A stretch of DNA of 52,054 nt from Polyangiaceae bacterium (GCA_044222475.1 JBGANF010000046.1:1-52054), one strand, 5' to 3'. Positions 38,766-48,525 are shown, counted from the stretch's first letter. Numbers and translations are program-made. Notes: generated from the letters alone by a model not told the origin.

Positions 38766-39977
38766 TCACCCGCTCGATTTCCCGTCGAGACCTCGCTGGG
38801 CGCGGTAGATGCTGCGGCGCCCGGCGAGGACCCACGCGATCACCATCACGATGACGACGTGCGGGAGCACTCCGCTCCCGAAGAGCTCGACCGCCATGAT
38901 CGAGAGCGCGATTGGCGTGTTCGATGCTGCGCCGAACATCGCCGCGAGCCCGACCGCGGCCGCGAGATCCTGAGGGATGCCGAGGATCGGCGCGAGCGCC
39001 GCGCCGAGCGTCGCACCGATGAAGAACAGCGGCGTGACCTCGCCGCCGATGAACCCCGCGCCGAGGGTGACGACGGTGAACGCGAGCTTCAGCGCGAAGA
39101 CCCACGCGGGCGTGGCCTCGTGGAACGACGCCACGATCCCCGGCACGCCGAGACCGAGGTAGTCGCTCGACCCGACGAGCTTCCAAAGCGCGACGACGGC
39201 GACGCCGCCGACCGCGGCGCGCCAAGGCAGCCGCGGGATCCGCGCGCCGAGGAACGCCTTCAGGCGATGCGTCCCCTCGATGAACGCGATGACTGTCGCC
39301 GCGACCGCGACGCCGACCACGATCCACTTGCCGACGAGCGCGAGGCCGAGCGTCGTGGATCCCAACGTGGGATACGCCGTGTGCAGGACGCCGAGCCGGC
39401 GAGTCACCGCGTCGCCGACGAACGCGGCGACGAGCGCGGGCGCGATCCGCGACGACGAGATGCGGCCGACGATCACGACCTCGGCGCCGAACACGGCGCC
39501 TGCGAGCGGCGTGCCGAACACCGAGCCGAAGCCGCCGGCCATCCCGGCCACGAGCATCGCGGCCCGCAGCTCGGAGCCCGCGCCGAACCGGCGGGCGAGC
39601 GTGTCGGCGAGGCTCGCGCCCATCTGCACCGCGGTGCCTTCGCGGCCTGCGCTACCGCCGAAGAGGTGGGTGAGCAGCGTGCCGAAGAGGACGAGCGGCG
39701 CCATCCGCGCGGGGATGGTCGGTCCGCCGTCGTGGGCGGTGTCGATCACGAGATCGTTGCCGCGGGCGACCGCCGCGCCGAGCCGTTCGTAGACGAAGCC
39801 GAGCGCGACGCCCGCGAGCGGCAGCGCGTACACGATCCGCTCATGGCTCGTGCGGGTCTTCGTCGCGAGATCGAGCAGCCGAAGAAACAGCGCGGAAGCT
39901 CCGCCGGCGAGGACGCCGACCGCGCCAGCGGTGGCGACGGTGACGATTTGGGTCTTGGCTCTCTCCGTCCAATGCAT
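38766..39977 (-). CDS. eriC: CLC-F type fluoride/proton antiporter (EriC family)
   Basis: CLC-F signatures GNDLVI, GREGT, GEVTP; fluoride riboswitch upstream. Confidence 0.9.
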   Translation of the reverse strand: MHWTERAKTQIVTVATAGAVGVLAGGASALFLRLLDLATKTRTSHERIVYALPLAGVALGFVYERLGAAVARGNDLVIDTAHDGGPTIPARMAPLVLFGTLLTHLFGGSAGREGTAVQMGASLADTLARRFGAGSELRAAMLVAGMAGGFGSVFGTPLAGAVFGAEVVIVGRISSSRIAPALVAAFVGDAVTRRLGVLHTAYPTLGSTTLGLALVGKWIVVGVAVAATVIAFIEGTHRLKAFLGARIPRLPWRAAVGGVAVVALWKLVGSSDYLGLGVPGIVASFHEATPAWVFALKLAFTVVTLGAGFIGGEVTPLFFIGATLGAALAPILGIPQDLAAAVGLAAMFGAASNTPIALSIMAVELFGSGVLPHVVIVMVIAWVLAGRRSIYRAQRGLDGKSSG

Positions 39978-40003
39978 GCCTACGGCGCCTCCTTTGGCGC
40001 TTC

Positions 40004-40056
40004 GTAGGAGTCATTGGTGGTCCAAGGCACCACGGTTCTCGGCGGACTCCACCGCC
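40004..40056 (-). ncRNA. Fluoride riboswitch (crcB motif)
   Basis: Minus strand GGCGGTGGAGTCCGCC..AACCG..AATGACTCCTAC matches the motif including the GGAGT/ACTCC pseudoknot. Confidence 0.9.
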
Positions 40057-40107
40057 ATCCGTTCTGGAGAGGATCTTCGCCTGCCCGACCTCGAAGAGTC
40101 AACCGCA

Positions 40108-40147
40108 CAAAACGGCGACGGGGACCCGCCGTTGCGGATCCCCATCG
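40108..40147 (-). terminator. Intrinsic terminator of the SnoaL-like lipoprotein gene
   Basis: Minus strand CGATGGGGATCCGC-AACG-GCGGGTCCCCGTCG followed by CCGTTTTG. Confidence 0.6.
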
Positions 40148-40169
40148 ACGTCCGTGATCGTGGCTCAGA

Positions 40170-41309
40170 TCACTTGGTCGGCGGCTTCGCGGTCGTCGCG
40201 GGCGGCGCGGTCGGCGGCTTCGCGCCACCGGGGGGCGCCGCCGGGAGGAGGCCGAACGCGATCGCGGCCTCGAGGCCGGATCCGTAGGTCCACACGGTCT
40301 TTGCCTTGCCGTCCTTGACCTCGACGACGTCGAGGAGGTGCATCGTGCCCGCCTTGTTCGTCGCCTTCACCGGCCCCATCGGGCCCTTCATCGTTCCGGA
40401 GAACTCGACCGCGGCGACGACGAAGTTGTCGAAGCCCATCACCATCTTCGGGGTGATCTTCGCGTCGGGGAAGACCTTGAGCATCTCGCCCCAGTTCTTC
40501 TTCGCGCCGTCGGTGCCCTTCGTGTCGTTCATGCTGCTGAAATCGAACATTTGAACGTCCGGCTGCATCGCGGCGAGGTAGCCCTTGTCGTCCTTCTTCT
40601 CGAACGTCATGTAGAACGCCTTCGCGATGTCGACGTTCTTCGCCTCTTCGGGCGAGTCCTTCGCGACGATGTTCACGACCGGCGCGGTCGGGATCGGCTC
40701 GAGCGGGCGAACCTTCGCCTTCGGGTCACCCTGGCCGAGCTGGCCCATCATCGTGATGTGGTCGTAGAAGAGCCACTGCTGGTTGATGAGGCCGTCGGCG
40801 TTGAAGGTCATGACCATCGCCGAGTGCATGGACACCTTCTTGCCGCTGGCCTTCTGGCCCATCATGTCGCCGGTGTTCGTGCCGGAGAACACACCCTCGG
40901 ACACCATGGTGTTGCCCTTGGTGAAGGTGCGGGTCACGGTGTTGCGCCCGTCGGGGAACGCGGCGAAGAACCCGGTCATCTGCTGCTCGACCTGGGCCTT
41001 CGTCGCCGAGCCGTAGCCAGCCGGCGGCATCACGCCCCACGCCTGGAGGTCGTCCGAGTAGGTCGTCATGAGCTTCTTCGCGTCGTGCGACGTCCACGCA
41101 GCTTCGTGGGTGGCGAGCGTCGTCTTGATGAGCTCGGCGAGCGGCGGCTTCGGCGGCGGCGTTGCGACCGTCGCCGACGTGACCGGCGGGGCCGAGCTGA
41201 CCGGCGGCGCGGAGGCGCTCGTCGTCGTCGTCGGGGTCGTCGGTTTCTCGTCACCACCACCACAGGCCGCGAGCAGAACGACTGCCGCGCCAAGAACCAG
41301 CTTCTTCAT
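40170..41309 (-). CDS. Lipoprotein with two SnoaL-like/ester cyclase (NTF2-fold) domains
   Basis: Lipobox LLAAC; FFAAFPD...FSGTNTG and LKVFPD...FSGTMKG repeats. Confidence 0.8.
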   Translation of the reverse strand: MKKLVLGAAVVLLAACGGGDEKPTTPTTTTSASAPPVSSAPPVTSATVATPPPKPPLAELIKTTLATHEAAWTSHDAKKLMTTYSDDLQAWGVMPPAGYGSATKAQVEQQMTGFFAAFPDGRNTVTRTFTKGNTMVSEGVFSGTNTGDMMGQKASGKKVSMHSAMVMTFNADGLINQQWLFYDHITMMGQLGQGDPKAKVRPLEPIPTAPVVNIVAKDSPEEAKNVDIAKAFYMTFEKKDDKGYLAAMQPDVQMFDFSSMNDTKGTDGAKKNWGEMLKVFPDAKITPKMVMGFDNFVVAAVEFSGTMKGPMGPVKATNKAGTMHLLDVVEVKDGKAKTVWTYGSGLEAAIAFGLLPAAPPGGAKPPTAPPATTAKPPTK

Positions 41310-41468
41310 GTGTATCTCCCTCTTCGCGCATGTGCATCGATCACATGTCGGGCGGTGTCAACGAGAAATCGTTCCACGAATGTCCTACCTCGGTCGCGAA
41401 CTCAGCGAAAACCGCCATGATTTCCGCGATGGAACGGCGGATCGTCACCATGCTAACGATCGGGCCCC

Positions 41469-42605
41469 ATGAGTTGGTCGCGCCCCGGCATCGCCCCGAC
41501 TCGCCTCCGCGCCCAGGTCGAGAACACGGCGGCGTGGGCACTCGCCGGGCCCACGGGTGGCGCGTTCTCGTACCGCCGGCGGATCTTGGATGCCGACGCC
41601 GTGGAAGCCGACGAGGGGCCGCTCCTTCGCTATTTCGGTCTCCTGCTCGCCGCCCACCACACGACGTGCGCGACCTTCGTCCCGACCGACGTCGACGTCC
41701 GCATTCGCTTCCACGTCTTCGAGGAGATCGACGACGAGGAGACCCTCCTCGCCGCGTGCGACGTCGTCGACGAGGCGGACGAGTGGGACGTGCCCTCCGT
41801 CTCGGCTCGCACGCTCGCGATCGCGGAGCGACCCGACCTCGGTGTGCTGGCCGGTCACGACGGCGAGTGGTTCTCGGTGCGCGCCGGCGCGCTCGGGCGA
41901 GCGCTCGTGCTTCGCGCCGCGAAGGCCGAGGCGCGGCTCGTCGAGCGGATCGACGCCGAGCTCGCCCGCGAGCGAGAGGTGCTGCGCCACCTCACCGAGA
42001 CGAAGAACGTCCTCGACCTGCTCCGGGCGACGACGATCGTCGCGCACAACCTCGGCGACCTCTCGCGTGTCGTCGATGCTTGGCCGAAGGCCGTTCCCGA
42101 GACGTCGTTGCGTGCAAAGTACACACGTCTCGGCCATACCGGGGCCCACGCCGAGTTCGTCCGCGCCGGGATGATCAACAAGCTCCTCATGGCGGACGAG
42201 AACCATCGGTTTCTCCCGCTGCGCGAGGCGCGCGCGCTCCGTCGCTCGCGCGCGCACCTTCTCCCGATCGGTCCGTTCTTCGACGCGTGGGGCCGCGGCA
42301 TCGGAAGAGACACCGAGGTCGAGGACGGCGCGCGCGTCGACGAGACGTTCCAAGAGCGCGACGTGGGCGAGATCGTCGGCGCGCTCCTCGAGGTGCACCT
42401 CCGTCGAGGCACCGAGGAGGGTTGCCTCCGCGCGCTCGCCGGGATCGACGCGGGGCTTCGCGGTGGGCTCGCTCGGATCGCCGGTTGGGCACCGGCGCGC
42501 ACGCGGAAGCTCCTCGGCTCCGGCCCGGTGCGCGACGCCGTGAAGACGAGCGAGCAACGCTTCACCGAGCGGTTCGTCCACCGCTACGCGAAGCTCGGGC
42601 TCTGA
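41469..42605 (+). CDS. Hypothetical protein
   Basis: 378-aa ORF with typical codon bias filling the gap between flanking genes; no family recognised. Confidence 0.7.
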   Translation: MSWSRPGIAPTRLRAQVENTAAWALAGPTGGAFSYRRRILDADAVEADEGPLLRYFGLLLAAHHTTCATFVPTDVDVRIRFHVFEEIDDEETLLAACDVVDEADEWDVPSVSARTLAIAERPDLGVLAGHDGEWFSVRAGALGRALVLRAAKAEARLVERIDAELAREREVLRHLTETKNVLDLLRATTIVAHNLGDLSRVVDAWPKAVPETSLRAKYTRLGHTGAHAEFVRAGMINKLLMADENHRFLPLREARALRRSRAHLLPIGPFFDAWGRGIGRDTEVEDGARVDETFQERDVGEIVGALLEVHLRRGTEEGCLRALAGIDAGLRGGLARIAGWAPARTRKLLGSGPVRDAVKTSEQRFTERFVHRYAKLGL

Positions 42606-43991
42606 TCAGGGGCTCGCGATCAGATCCGGCGTGATGGACGCGACGTCGGGGCAGCCGGCGAGCGCCATCGCGAGATCGAGCTCGCGCCGGAGCGTCTGCA
42701 CGACGAAGCGGACGCCCGCCTCGCCGCCGTGAGCGAGACCCCACAGGACCGGGCGGCCGATGAGCACGGCGCGCGCGCCGAGAGCGAGCGCCTTGAGCAC
42801 GTCGGTTCCGCGCCGCACGCCGCCATCCATCCAGAGCTCGAGCGAGCCCGACGTAGCGCGCGCGATCGGCCCGAGGACGTCGATGGTCGCGGGCGAGCCG
42901 TCGAGCTGTCGGCCGCCGTGGTTCGAGACGACGATCGCCTTGGCGCCGTGGTCGCGAGCTCGCAGCGCGTCGTCGGGGCGGACGATGCCCTTGATCACGA
43001 TCGGGAGCTTCGTGATCGACGCGAGCCAGTCGATGTCCTTCCACGACAGCGACGCGTCGACGAGCGACGAGAAGTACGCGGCGAGGCCGGACTCGAAGGC
43101 CTTCTCCGAGACCTCGCCGTGGATCGTGTTCAGCGCAACGAGGTTCTTCACCGTGAGCCCGTCGGGGAGGCGGAAGCGGTTCTTCACGTCGCGCTCGCGG
43201 CGTCCGAGGAGCGGCGCGTCGACGGTGAGCACGAGGGCGCGGCAGCCAGCGGCCTCGACGCGGCGCACGAGGGCTTCGGTGACCTTCCGGTCGCGGTAGA
43301 CGTAGAGCTGGAAGAAGAGTGGACCGCTCGTGCTCTTGGCGACGACCTCGACGTCGGTGTTGGAGAGCGTGCTCAAACACATCGCGGTGCCCTCGGCGCC
43401 GGCCGCGCGAGCGGTGGCGGCCTCGCCGTCGGGGTGAGCCATGCGATGAAACGCCGTCGGCGCGAAGAGCACCGGGAGCGACACCTCGTGACCGAGGACC
43501 GTCGTCGAGAGGCGCCGCGTGCTCACGTCCACGAGGACGCGGTAGTGAATGGCGAACCGCTCGAACGCCTCGCGGTTGCGACGGAGCGTCACCTCGTCGT
43601 CGGCGCCGCTCGCGTAGTAGTCGAACGCCATCGCGCCGAGCCGCGCCTTCGCGATTCGCTCGAGATCCGGCACGTTGAGCGGCTCGGCGTTGGGGTCGGA
43701 GTAGAGGTAGGTGAACGCCGTTCGGCCGTCGTCGAGGTCGATGGCGGCGCGGTGAAAGCGGTCGCCCTCGTAGTCGTCGAGCGCCGAGAGTCGCGAGCGA
43801 TCCACCGAGTAGAGCTCGCCCTCGACGGACTCGGCGCCGGCCACCAGCCCGGGGTAGGCGCCGAGGTCCAGCTTGCGGAAGCGCGGAGCCGTGCGCGCGG
43901 TACCAAGATGGGACGATCCCTCGAGCAAGTGGTGCGCCGGTCCGCCGCGGCGGAGGGTGCCGTAGACGAAGAGGATGAGCGGCTCGGTCAC
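42606..43991 (-). CDS. Gamma-glutamylcyclotransferase (AIG2-like) domain fused to FMN-dependent alpha-hydroxy acid oxidase
   Basis: GTG start overlapping the upstream TGA; FVYGTLRRG...VEGELY...LDDYEG, then FDYYASGADDEVTLRRN, LTVDAP, VSNHGGRQLD, DGGVRRGTDVLKALALGA with no intervening stop. Confidence 0.85.
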   Translation of the reverse strand: MTEPLILFVYGTLRRGGPAHHLLEGSSHLGTARTAPRFRKLDLGAYPGLVAGAESVEGELYSVDRSRLSALDDYEGDRFHRAAIDLDDGRTAFTYLYSDPNAEPLNVPDLERIAKARLGAMAFDYYASGADDEVTLRRNREAFERFAIHYRVLVDVSTRRLSTTVLGHEVSLPVLFAPTAFHRMAHPDGEAATARAAGAEGTAMCLSTLSNTDVEVVAKSTSGPLFFQLYVYRDRKVTEALVRRVEAAGCRALVLTVDAPLLGRRERDVKNRFRLPDGLTVKNLVALNTIHGEVSEKAFESGLAAYFSSLVDASLSWKDIDWLASITKLPIVIKGIVRPDDALRARDHGAKAIVVSNHGGRQLDGSPATIDVLGPIARATSGSLELWMDGGVRRGTDVLKALALGARAVLIGRPVLWGLAHGGEAGVRFVVQTLRRELDLAMALAGCPDVASITPDLIASP

Positions 43992-45007
43992 TTGCAGCAG
44001 ATCGTATGAGGGAACGTCAGCGTCGTCGACGCGGTGGCGTTGCCCGACGACGCGCAGCCCGCGGTGGCCGTCGGGTTGTAGCGGACCGACTGCACGGTGC
44101 TCCCGTTCTGGTAGTTGCCGGGGACGCAGACGTCGTCGGCTTGGATCGTGGTGGAGAGCACCGCGCAGTTCGGTTGGCTGAAGAACTGGACGTTCCCGGC
44201 GCACGACGGGGACGAGCTGCAGGCGCACGAGCCGATCCCGCAGTTGAGCGCGGCCCCGGTGCCGACGACGGTGCGGGTCGTCTGGTAGCCCAGAGTGTTG
44301 CACGGCACGTCGCCCGGGAGGTCGATGCACGCGGCGAACCCGGGCGGCACGGTGCCCGAGCAGACGTCTCCGAGGCAGGCCGGTGGCGGCGTGCACGAGC
44401 GCACGGTCGTGAAGGTGATCTGGCCCCCGTTGGCGAGCGTGTCGGGCGTGCAGGCCGCTCCGACCGCAGGGATCTTCGCCACCTGCAGGTACGACTTGAG
44501 GTTGAGCGTCGTGTTGGCGCAGTTGCCGCTGTAGTTCACCTGCGCCGTCCCGCCTCCGCCGCACCCGGAGTTCGCGCCGTCCGTGATGGAGAGCTGCGAC
44601 GGCTTGCAGGAGGGGAGCGTCGGGTTGCACCGGCACCCGCACGCGCCGCCGAGCGGTTGAGCGTTCGTCGCGCGATCGGTCTTGGTCCAACCCGCCGGGC
44701 AGTTGAGCGCGGTCGACGTCTCGTGGATGACGATCTTCGCACCGCCGCCGAGGGACGGACATCCGGTCGACGGCGTCTGGCAAGGGCCTGCGTCGGCGAC
44801 GGGCGCGTCGTCGTTCACGTCGGGGAGGACGACCACGTCGGTGCTCGGGCCGCTGTCGTCGATCGTCGCGTCGGTGTCGCCGGCGTCGGGGAGCGTCGAG
44901 TCGTACGCGGCGTCGATCGGGGGCGCGCCGTCGGACGCCTGAAGGCCGCGCTCTTCGAGCGAGCATCCGCAGGCAAACGCCGCCAAGACGAGGACCGCGC
45001 GCTTCAT
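43988..45007 (-). CDS. Cysteine-rich secreted lipoprotein
   Basis: MKRAVLVLAAFACGC, Asp/Ala-rich linker, many Cys. Confidence 0.75.
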   Translation of the reverse strand: MKRAVLVLAAFACGCSLEERGLQASDGAPPIDAAYDSTLPDAGDTDATIDDSGPSTDVVVLPDVNDDAPVADAGPCQTPSTGCPSLGGGAKIVIHETSTALNCPAGWTKTDRATNAQPLGGACGCRCNPTLPSCKPSQLSITDGANSGCGGGGTAQVNYSGNCANTTLNLKSYLQVAKIPAVGAACTPDTLANGGQITFTTVRSCTPPPACLGDVCSGTVPPGFAACIDLPGDVPCNTLGYQTTRTVVGTGAALNCGIGSCACSSSPSCAGNVQFFSQPNCAVLSTTIQADDVCVPGNYQNGSTVQSVRYNPTATAGCASSGNATASTTLTFPHTICCK

Positions 45008-45018
45008 GCGCGCATTAT

Positions 45019-45924
45019 TCACCGCGCCGGGGCTGAGGTCCACCTCAGCTTGGCCGTCGCCAAAACGGTGTAAAATGCACGAATCTTCCCGTCGCGGTCG
45101 AGCTCGCAGGCCATCGCGAAGTGCCGAGCCACCTTGGGCGTGGTGCTGTCCTGCTCGCCGACGAAGAAGGGCGCGCCGTTGAGGGGCTTGACCTCGAAGC
45201 GAACGAGGTCCGGCGCCTTCTTGCGAATGCCGATCAGCGCCTGCGCGATGCGCCGCGGCCCGACGAGGTCGACACCGGCGGCGAGGAACTCTCCGCCGGC
45301 GTCCGTCTTGGCGACCGCGTCTTCGGTGAGCAGGGCCTCGACCGCGGCGCTGTCCTCGTCGCGGAGCGCGGTGAGAAACCGCACCAGCGCGTCCTGGGTC
45401 GCGGCGTAGTCCGTCGGTCCGCGCCGACGCTCGTAACTCGCCATCTTTCGGCGCGCCCGGAGGAGCTGCACCTTCACCGCGCCCGCGGTGGACCCGATCG
45501 CTCGCGCGGTCTCCTCGGCGGAGTAGTCGAGGACGTCTCGGAGGAGCAGCACGGCGCGCTGCATCGGCGTGAGCGCCTCGAGCGCGAGGAGGAACGCGAA
45601 CGAGACGCTCTCCAGCATCGAGTAGCGGGCCTCGGTGCCCTGATCGTCCATCGAGGGGGGCTCGGGCTCGAGCTCGCTCGCGTCGATGGGCGACGGCAGC
45701 CAAGGACCGCGGTAGCTCTCGCGCCTTCGCTTCCGGAGGCGATCACGCGCGACGTTGAGCGCCACGGTGACGAGCCACGGCTCGGGGTTCTGCGTGTCCG
45801 GAGGAGGGGAGGCGAGCGCGCGAAGGAACGTCTCCTGGACGACGTCGTCGGCGTCGGCGGCCGAGCCCGTCATCCGGTACGCGAGGCCGAAGAGCTTCTT
45901 GCGTCGAGCCTCGAGCTCCATCAT
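45019..45924 (-). CDS. ECF sigma factor with C-terminal SnoaL-like extension (ECF41/SigJ-like)
   Basis: LFGLAYRMTGSAADADDVVQE, YRGPWLPSP, LTPMQRAVLLLRDV, TDAGGE. Confidence 0.88.
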   Translation of the reverse strand: MMELEARRKKLFGLAYRMTGSAADADDVVQETFLRALASPPPDTQNPEPWLVTVALNVARDRLRKRRRESYRGPWLPSPIDASELEPEPPSMDDQGTEARYSMLESVSFAFLLALEALTPMQRAVLLLRDVLDYSAEETARAIGSTAGAVKVQLLRARRKMASYERRRGPTDYAATQDALVRFLTALRDEDSAAVEALLTEDAVAKTDAGGEFLAAGVDLVGPRRIAQALIGIRKKAPDLVRFEVKPLNGAPFFVGEQDSTTPKVARHFAMACELDRDGKIRAFYTVLATAKLRWTSAPAR

Positions 45925-47159
45925 CCGTTCGCGACCATCGCGTGCGTCGGCACGAGCCGCTCCGCCGCTGCCTCTGCGCTCGCCGCGACGGCGTCGAGCA
46001 GCATCCCTCGTGGGCCCACCCAATCACCGACGAGCGCGAGCCCGTCGGTGTCGGGCGCATCGATCCGACCGTCGAGCCCGCCGAGGTCGGCCGTGGCGCG
46101 CGCGTTCATCACGACCATGCGCGGTAGGAATCGCGAGTCGCGCACGACCGCACCCGGTTGGAGGCGCTCGAGGACCGCGCGGAGCTCGGACTCGGTCGCG
46201 GTGGCGCCGGGCGCGAGGTACTTCGCGACGTGGACGACCGCGCCGTCGCCTTCGGGTCCGAGCTGCGCCGTCGCGGAGTGCACGGACGCATAGTAGGGCT
46301 CGTCGGCGCCGAGCAAAATCGTCGCCGGCCGCGTCGCACGCTCGAGGACGACGTCGAGGCAGGCGGCCTCCACCGGCTGCGCGCGCGCCGCCGCCCGCGC
46401 GATCGCCGCGTCGTTCGGGACGAGCTCGTGCGCAGTCCGAGGACCGCACGCGACGACGACTCCGTCGAACGACTGCTCGCGCCCGTCGTCGAAGACGAGC
46501 GAACGCGAGCGCACCTCTGCGATGCGTGCGCTGGTCGCGATCGTGACCCCCAGCGCGGCGGCGCGCGCGGCCACGCCGTCGACGAGCGTCTGCCACCCGC
46601 GGTGGAGGTAGATCACCCCCGGCCCCATCGCCGCCTTCACCTGGACGAACGCATCGCGCGCGCGAAGGGGCTCGACCGGATAGGTGTAGGTTGCAACCAT
46701 CACGAGCGTCGCGAAGAGCGCCCTTACGCGTGGGTGGGGCACGTTGCGCGCGAGCCACTCGCCGAGAGTCTCGTCCCCGGTGGCCTCGAGCTTGGCGATG
46801 CGCCCGAGCAACCGCGCCGCGTCCCACGTCCCGCCTGCGTCGAGGAACCCGGTCGTGAGGAGCGATACGGGCCCGGTCGGCAGCGTGTGGAGGCTGCCTT
46901 CGTGGAGGACGAAGCCTCGGGCCTTCGGTCGAAGGCCGTTCGGCTTCACGCCGATCCGGGTCAGGACCGACTCCGCGGGTCCGCCTCGGTAGATCGCGTG
47001 AGGGCCGAAGTTGAGCGAGTACCCGGCGGTGTTCGTCGTCCTCGCGCGACCACCGAGCTCGCGGGCGCGCTCGAGGATCGTCACCTCCGCGCCCCGCTCC
47101 GCGAGGAGCACCGCCGTCATGAGACCACCCAGACCACCGCCGATGATTGCCGTCTTCAT
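45921..47159 (-). CDS. FAD-dependent oxidoreductase (amine oxidase/phytoene desaturase-like)
   Basis: IIGGGLGGL, LGGRART, NFGPHA, LVGDWVG. Confidence 0.85.
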   Translation of the reverse strand: MKTAIIGGGLGGLMTAVLLAERGAEVTILERARELGGRARTTNTAGYSLNFGPHAIYRGGPAESVLTRIGVKPNGLRPKARGFVLHEGSLHTLPTGPVSLLTTGFLDAGGTWDAARLLGRIAKLEATGDETLGEWLARNVPHPRVRALFATLVMVATYTYPVEPLRARDAFVQVKAAMGPGVIYLHRGWQTLVDGVAARAAALGVTIATSARIAEVRSRSLVFDDGREQSFDGVVVACGPRTAHELVPNDAAIARAAARAQPVEAACLDVVLERATRPATILLGADEPYYASVHSATAQLGPEGDGAVVHVAKYLAPGATATESELRAVLERLQPGAVVRDSRFLPRMVVMNARATADLGGLDGRIDAPDTDGLALVGDWVGPRGMLLDAVAASAEAAAERLVPTHAMVANG

Positions 47160-47167
47160 GAACGGAG

Positions 47168-47194
47168 CACGTTCGACGCGGGCGAAAGGTTACG
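47168..47194 (-). promoter_or_regulatory. Candidate ECF-sigma promoter for the oxidoreductase-sigma operon
   Basis: Minus strand CGTAACC-N16-CGTG, 8 nt before the ATG. Confidence 0.45.
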
Positions 47195-47209
47195 TCCCTC
47201 GACGTACGG

Positions 47210-48037
47210 TCATTTGATCCACACGAACGTCTGCGTGTTGTAGGCGACGAGGTCGCCCTCCAGGCTCCAGAGCTCGCGCTCCTCGGCGACGAAGCCGTCG
47301 GTCGAACCCAGGGCGCGTGCTCGGTAGAACAAGGGGGCATCGCTCGGCCGCGGCGTCCCGTCGCCGAAGAGCTGGAGGAAGAAGCTCACGGTCCCGATCG
47401 GTCGAGGCCCTGGCTCGATCGCGAACGCGGCCGGCCAGAAGACGTCCGCGAGCGCCACGACCTCGGGGGCACCGAGGGGGCCGCTGCACCGGCGGGGTCG
47501 GACGAAGCCCTCTGCGATGGCGCTCGGACTCGAGCTGAAGGGGAGGGGCCCGGTCGAGCGGATCTCGAACTCGTGCGTGAAGACCGGCGCCTGCTCGCGG
47601 CGCATCGGCGACGGCGGCGTGGCGGTCCAATCCGGGATGGCGGGGGACGGCCGCTTCAGCTCCGCGTCGCGCGACGTCGGCTTGCCGGACGCGTCGCGCC
47701 GCGCGCGTCCGAGGACGCCGGTCGCGATCGCGACGATGTCGTCGTTCTGCCGCATGACTCCGCGGAGCGTGGACATCGCGCTCCCGCGACGAGCGACCTC
47801 GACGTCGATCGACACCGGCCCGGGTGCGACGGCGACCGGGATCTCGGCCGAGATCGTGCGGAGGAGTCTCTCGCGCTCGGGCTCGCTCTCCTCGAACGCG
47901 CGCGCGAACGCCGCGAAGACGAGGCCACCGAAGGTTCCTCGGCCTTGGCCCATGCTCGCTGGCACGTCGAGACGAAACCGGGTGGAGGACTCCCGGATCA
48001 CCGTGGTGGCTGCCCGGAGGTCGGCGTTGCCTTCCAT
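47210..48037 (-). CDS. Acyl-CoA thioesterase (TesB-like double hotdog)
   Basis: GQGRGTFGGLV, ALADVFWPA, ELWSLEGDLVA. Confidence 0.82.
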   Translation of the reverse strand: MEGNADLRAATTVIRESSTRFRLDVPASMGQGRGTFGGLVFAAFARAFEESEPERERLLRTISAEIPVAVAPGPVSIDVEVARRGSAMSTLRGVMRQNDDIVAIATGVLGRARRDASGKPTSRDAELKRPSPAIPDWTATPPSPMRREQAPVFTHEFEIRSTGPLPFSSSPSAIAEGFVRPRRCSGPLGAPEVVALADVFWPAAFAIEPGPRPIGTVSFFLQLFGDGTPRPSDAPLFYRARALGSTDGFVAEERELWSLEGDLVAYNTQTFVWIK

Positions 48038-48075
48038 CGTTGCCCAATCTTGCACCAAACCGTACTCTCGTCCCC

Positions 48076-48525
48076 ATGTCCTTCGCTCTCCCGAAGCAAT
48101 CGTTCCTCGCGCTCGCGGCCATCGGCTGGGTCGACGGGTCGCTCCAACGCATCGAAGCCGAAGGCCTGATCCGCGCGGCCAAGGAGGGCGGGCTCTCCGA
48201 AGCCGACGTCGCCGAGATTCAAGCCGCGACGAAGGCAAAGCAGGACCTCGCCGCGATCGACGTGAGCGGCTTCGGCAAGTGGGAGCAGGTGCTCACCTAC
48301 GCGCTCGGTGCGTGGTTCGCTCAGCTCGACGGCGTCGTCTCGACGAGCGAGCACGAGACGCTCGTCGCGCTCGGCAACAAGCTCGGTCTCGACGATCCGA
48401 TGCGCAAGCGCGCGGCGGCCGCCGCGTTCGACATCGCGTGCCTCCCCGAGGGTGGGAAGCCGGGCAAGTACGACTTCGGGAAGCTCGTCGCGCGGCTCAA
48501 AGAGAAGCTGCCGCAGGTTTCCTAG
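48076..48525 (+). CDS. TerB-like protein
   Basis: AIGWVDGSLQRIE and AQLDGVVSTSEHETLVALGNKLGL TerB-like motifs. Confidence 0.65.
   Translation: MSFALPKQSFLALAAIGWVDGSLQRIEAEGLIRAAKEGGLSEADVAEIQAATKAKQDLAAIDVSGFGKWEQVLTYALGAWFAQLDGVVSTSEHETLVALGNKLGLDDPMRKRAAAAAFDIACLPEGGKPGKYDFGKLVARLKEKLPQVS

Noticed and set aside
41329..41361. CATGTG-N7-CACATG palindrome and minus-strand TTGACA
   Set aside because: Short IR with no convincing -10 box; too weak to call
43992..44966. N-terminal extension of the 786-aa ORF beyond the GGCT domain
   Set aside because: Off-frame read of the Cys-rich lipoprotein; the fusion begins at GTG 43991
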